Made by a program: the position numbers and the translations under genes
Notes under the pieces: model-generated
Database searches by the model: none
What the model saw: only the letters and a program-made list of their open reading frames with translations
Told to the model about the DNA's origin: nothing
Origin: Ignavibacteriota bacterium
GTDB lineage: Bacteria > Bacteroidota > Ignavibacteria > UBA10030 > UBA6906
Length of the DNA stretch: 64,000 bases
Direction: 5' to 3'
NCBI GenBank assembly: GCA_963801355.1
Contig: CAWDEM010000008.1
Location: 1,024,001-1,088,000, forward strand
Shown: piece after piece, positions 60,055-64,000 of the stretch
Layout of the letters: every line of letters starts with the position of its first letter
Position numbering within the stretch: the stretch's first letter is position 1

Positions 60055-62161
60055 CTACTTCATGACAACCATTTGTTTTGTCTGAACACACCCTCCGGAC
60101 TGAATGGTGTAGAAATAGACTGCGCTTGGGAGAGCGCTTGCATCAAAATGTATTTCGTGATAGCCAGCTTCCAGTTCTCTATTGATGAGTGTCTTTACAG
60201 CTCTACCAAGAAGATCGTAAAGAGTTAGTGTTGTTCGTCCCCGTTGCGCCAAAGCAAACGCTATTGTTGTCGTCGGGTTGAAGGGGTTAGGATAGTTCTG
60301 ACTTATAGAAAATTCTTCTGGCGTTCCCGCTTCTTCTTGTGACATCCGTTGTAGCAAAAGTGAAACTCGACACATCGCTCCACGGCCCGGATCCAGCAAC
60401 ATTGCTGGCCTGAACCTGCCAGTAGTACTGTCCTCCTTCCGAATGCCCCGAAAAGATCTCGACTGTGTCTGATGTTGTAGCTGACCTGAATACCCTGTTG
60501 GGTGTTTGCATTGCGGTTACCCGGATGAAGTATTGATCAGCGTCCTGTACTCTGTTCCATGTATATCTTGCACCGCCGGGTTGATCTTGAATCGGTGCGG
60601 CGTTGACTAACTGCGGTTTCGCCGGTGCAGCTACTGTGATGAATCTCCATACATTGCTCCAGAGACCCACACCGGCAATACTTTTCACTTTGACACGCCA
60701 GAAGTATTGTTTGCCTTTGACGAGGCCGGTGAAAGTCTTTACTGTATCACTGCCTGTCGAATCACTTCTCGCAAGGGCTTTGAATTCCGAATCCGAGGAT
60801 ACCTGGATAAGATACTGTGTGACGCCTTGTACCTTGCTCCACCGAAACGTAATAGTTGTATCCAGGCCTGATTGAAGATCCGCAGGATAGCGCAATGATG
60901 TCCATTCAATGAGAGATGTACCGGCAGAAAGTGTCGGAGTGGTCCACGTAATCCATGGGGAAAGGTCGGTACCATACGGAGTGGTAGCGATGTTCGTATT
61001 CACCGCGGCATTCCCAAGAAGAAACTTTTCCACAAAAGCCTCAACGTCCGGCATCTGGCTGCTCGGAACAACGCAGTGCGCGTGTCCCCCAACAATGGAA
61101 AAACCGAACCTCTCGGGGACGCCAAGAGTATTATAGATTTGCTGCACGGCCCTACTATTGACGTAACACGACGGATTTGACAGCCATGTATAGTCCGGGT
61201 TTGCCGTAACGTACAAGGCACGAGGCGCGCACATTGCACATAACTCATGATGATCCAGCGGCAGCTTTGAAACATTGGTGCCGGAAAATTGGAACATCCC
61301 CTCACTGAACCACTGATGACTGGTGGCACCTAGAGTTTCCACGCTTCCCGCTGGTTCGGTCTGCGAGTAACGCCACGAGGTGGCGCCACCGCCACCCGAC
61401 TCCTGGGCAATGGTGAGCGCAATACGCTCGTCGAACGCCCCCGCAAAGAGTGCCATTTTGCCTGCATAGGAGCAACCAGTGACCGCTATGTGCTTCAGAT
61501 CTATGGGGAGATCATTTTGAACCAGCTCCAAACCATCAATTATGCGACTGACCCCCCAGGCCCAAGCGCTGTATTGTCCCGTATTGTCAATCGTAAGCTG
61601 AGGCCCATAAAGTACGTAGTAGGGGTCCGAATCTTGCGGGCTGTTGTACGTCGTTACCTGATTATGGCTGAAGGTGATTTGTGCAATATTGCGACTGCTA
61701 AATATAGTAGATGGTATACTGCCACTGGGACTATTCATACCGATCACTGCAGCGAAGGGTCCCCTCCCCGCCGGGAGGGTGACCTGTGAAGTCAGCGTGA
61801 GCGTTTTGCCGTTCACAGTCACATTCACTGTGAGCACGCCCCCGGAATAATTTGCTGTTATGGTATCCGGACGAACCGGCTTTGGACCGATCTCATAATG
61901 CTGGATCTGGGCGCCGATCTCAGCACGCCGGTACCGCCAATCGGAGAAGTGCGAAATGCGACCTCTGCCATCGAACCATGCAAATGGGTCGGGCAGTGCC
62001 TGGATGAAAGGGAGTTGGCTGAACGAAGGGAAAGCCGGCGTCGGGTAGTCAGCACCCGTATTCTCAAATTGATAGACGAACGGCATTATTCCTTGAGCTA
62101 ATGCATCAACGAACGCATAGCTGCTCAATAGAACTGTCAATAGGACTATTCTTGTTCTCAT
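60055..62161 (-). pseudogene. CE15 glucuronoyl esterase-like protein with FN3-like domains and T9SS CTD, frameshifted near 60340
   Basis: LPDPF, AWAWGVSR, VTGCSYAGK (nucleophile motif), QESGGG, LPLDHHEL, GHAHC; the CTD QNYPNPFNP is in the next frame. Confidence 0.85.
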
Positions 62162-62168
62162 CACCGCG

Positions 62169-64000
62169 TCAATATTTGAACTCAAGCCCGAGCTGTTGGA
62201 AGACGAAAGCGTAGACATCCGCCTGTTGCGCCACGTAGTCATTCAGGCTTGTCCCGATCCCGTGCCCGGCATTCGAACTGGTGCGGAGAAGAATGGGTAG
62301 GCCGGAAGCGGTGGCGGCCTGCAGCCGGGCCGTCATCTTACGCGAATTGGCCGGATCCACACGGCCGTCATTATCACCGGTCAGTAACAGAACCGCCGGG
62401 TACTTCGTCCCGTCAACCACGTGGTGGTACGGGGAATATGCATACAGCGCCTTGAACTGGTCGGGGTTCTTGACGCTCCCGTACTCGGTGACGTTGAACT
62501 CGCCGTTTGGGAAGAGCTCGACGCGCAGCATGTCATAGATCCCCACGTAACTCACGACTGCCCGGAACAGTTCCGGGTGCTGCGTGAGGGCAGCACCCAT
62601 CAGAAGCCCTCCATTGCTTCCACCCATGATCACAAGGCGTGATGGACTTGTATACTTCTGATCGATGAGCCATTTGGCGCACGCGGTGAAGTCATCGAAG
62701 ACGGTCTGCTTCTTCGTCAGGTTGGCCGACCTGTGCCACTCCTCCCCGTATTCTCCCCCTCCCCGAAGATTTGTTGTGACATAGATCCCGCCGTTGTCGA
62801 ACCAGAATCTCATGTCCGACTCATAGGAGGGATCCTCATTGATCCCGTACCCTCCGTACCCGTAGAGGATCGTGGGATTGTTGCCGTCTAGCGGTGTCCC
62901 CCTCTTCTTCAGGATATTCATCGGAACGCGGATACCGTCCTTCGAAACAGCGAAATCCCTCGACACTTCGATGTCACTCATGTCGACGCGCACAGGTCTG
63001 GCAAGAGCGGTCTTTGCGGCCCGGTGGTTGACCGCATCATACCGATAATACGTCAGGGGTGTTGTGTAGGTCTGGACACTGTAGAGAATGTCATCCCCGT
63101 CGAGCCCGACCATCCCTCCGACTGAAGCGATCGAATCGGCAGGGAGCACATCGAGAATGTTCCCCCGGAGATCGAACGCCACCACGCGTTCCGGCCCCCC
63201 GAGGATCTGCTGCACATAGATCCTGCTTTTTGTGGGAAGCAAGGAGAGCATCGACCACTCCCCTTCTTTCACAAGCGGAGCCGGCTGCGCGGAGCGCCTG
63301 CCGTCGATCCGTACAGCCACGATCTGACCCCTGGGAGCATTCTTGCGCGACAGCATGTACAGCGTCCCATCGGGACCGAATGCGGTTGCCTTGACCTGGT
63401 CGGCGTACGTCGTGAGCTGAGTCCATTTTCCCCCGGGGCCCATGAGGTAGTGGGCAAAATCACCGCCATCCCCGTTGGCCACGGTAGCGAGGAGGAACTT
63501 CCCATCATCTGTGGAAGAGAGACGGATCTCGGCGATCCGCGGAAACTCCTTGCCGATGACATATGTGTCTCTACTGGCTGGAGTCCCGATCTTATGGAAG
63601 TACACCTGCTGGCAGAAGTTTGCATCTTCCTTTGGGCGCTCATTTCCCTGGGGGTAACGGGTGTAGTAGAAGCCCGAATTATCGGCATTCCACTCAATGG
63701 ATCCGCCTCCAGTCGGATACTGCACGCGCGGAACGACATCATCCAGTCGCCTCCCGGTTTCGACATCGAAAATTGCGGCTGTTCCGTCTTCGCTCCCTTT
63801 CTCCGAGAGGGAAACCACGACCAGTTTGGCATCCCGTGAGGGGACGTACCAATCAATCGACGTTGTGCCTTCGGGATTCAAGACGTTCGGGTCGACGATG
63901 ACTTTCTCCGTCGATGCATCCATGTACGACGGAAGCACGACCAGGAAGCGCTGGTTCTTCGGAGGCTGGCGCTTCATGGCGAAGAGTTTGCCGCGCCGGG
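62169..64000 (-). CDS. Prolyl oligopeptidase (S9A), partial at right edge
   Basis: LYGYGGY, NLRGGGEYGEEWH, GGSNGGLL, DGRVDP, AGHG catalytic triad motifs. Confidence 0.93.
   Translation of the reverse strand, partial: RRGKLFAMKRQPPKNQRFLVVLPSYMDASTEKVIVDPNVLNPEGTTSIDWYVPSRDAKLVVVSLSEKGSEDGTAAIFDVETGRRLDDVVPRVQYPTGGGSIEWNADNSGFYYTRYPQGNERPKEDANFCQQVYFHKIGTPASRDTYVIGKEFPRIAEIRLSSTDDGKFLLATVANGDGGDFAHYLMGPGGKWTQLTTYADQVKATAFGPDGTLYMLSRKNAPRGQIVAVRIDGRRSAQPAPLVKEGEWSMLSLLPTKSRIYVQQILGGPERVVAFDLRGNILDVLPADSIASVGGMVGLDGDDILYSVQTYTTPLTYYRYDAVNHRAAKTALARPVRVDMSDIEVSRDFAVSKDGIRVPMNILKKRGTPLDGNNPTILYGYGGYGINEDPSYESDMRFWFDNGGIYVTTNLRGGGEYGEEWHRSANLTKKQTVFDDFTACAKWLIDQKYTSPSRLVIMGGSNGGLLMGAALTQHPELFRAVVSYVGIYDMLRVELFPNGEFNVTEYGSVKNPDQFKALYAYSPYHHVVDGTKYPAVLLLTGDNDGRVDPANSRKMTARLQAATASGLPILLRTSSNAGHGIGTSLNDYVAQQADVYAFVFQQLGLEFKY

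Overview
Bacterial chromosomal window, GC-rich, probably from an Ignavibacteria/Bacteroidota-like (FCB group) genome. The taxon is inferred from eight proteins ending in the QNYPNPFNP-type T9SS C-terminal sorting domain. The region is accessory-like and mostly minus-strand. It encodes secreted T9SS cargo (beta-helix proteins, two tandem aryl-sulfate sulfotransferases, a CE15 esterase, a Zn-phospholipase C-like protein), peptidases (M3, M20, M28, S9), oxidoreductases, three TolB-N/TPR signalling proteins and a MazEF-like TA pair. The most notable signals are: (1) a NYN ribonuclease preceded by promoter, ~75-nt hairpin RNA and intrinsic terminator, a type III TA-like layout, next to a leaderless small-ORF/nucleotidyltransferase pair; (2) a family of ~65-bp GGGTCAGACCC palindromes at gene 3' ends; (3) repeat-derived in-frame insertions in T9SS CTD loops; (4) a 5x40-bp tandem array in front of a stand-alone ABC transmembrane domain; (5) a tRNA-Asp 3' fragment beside an AT-rich gene. 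Eight frameshifts, all repairable by removing one base, are most likely sequencing errors. All product calls rest on motif recognition by eye; no searches were run.
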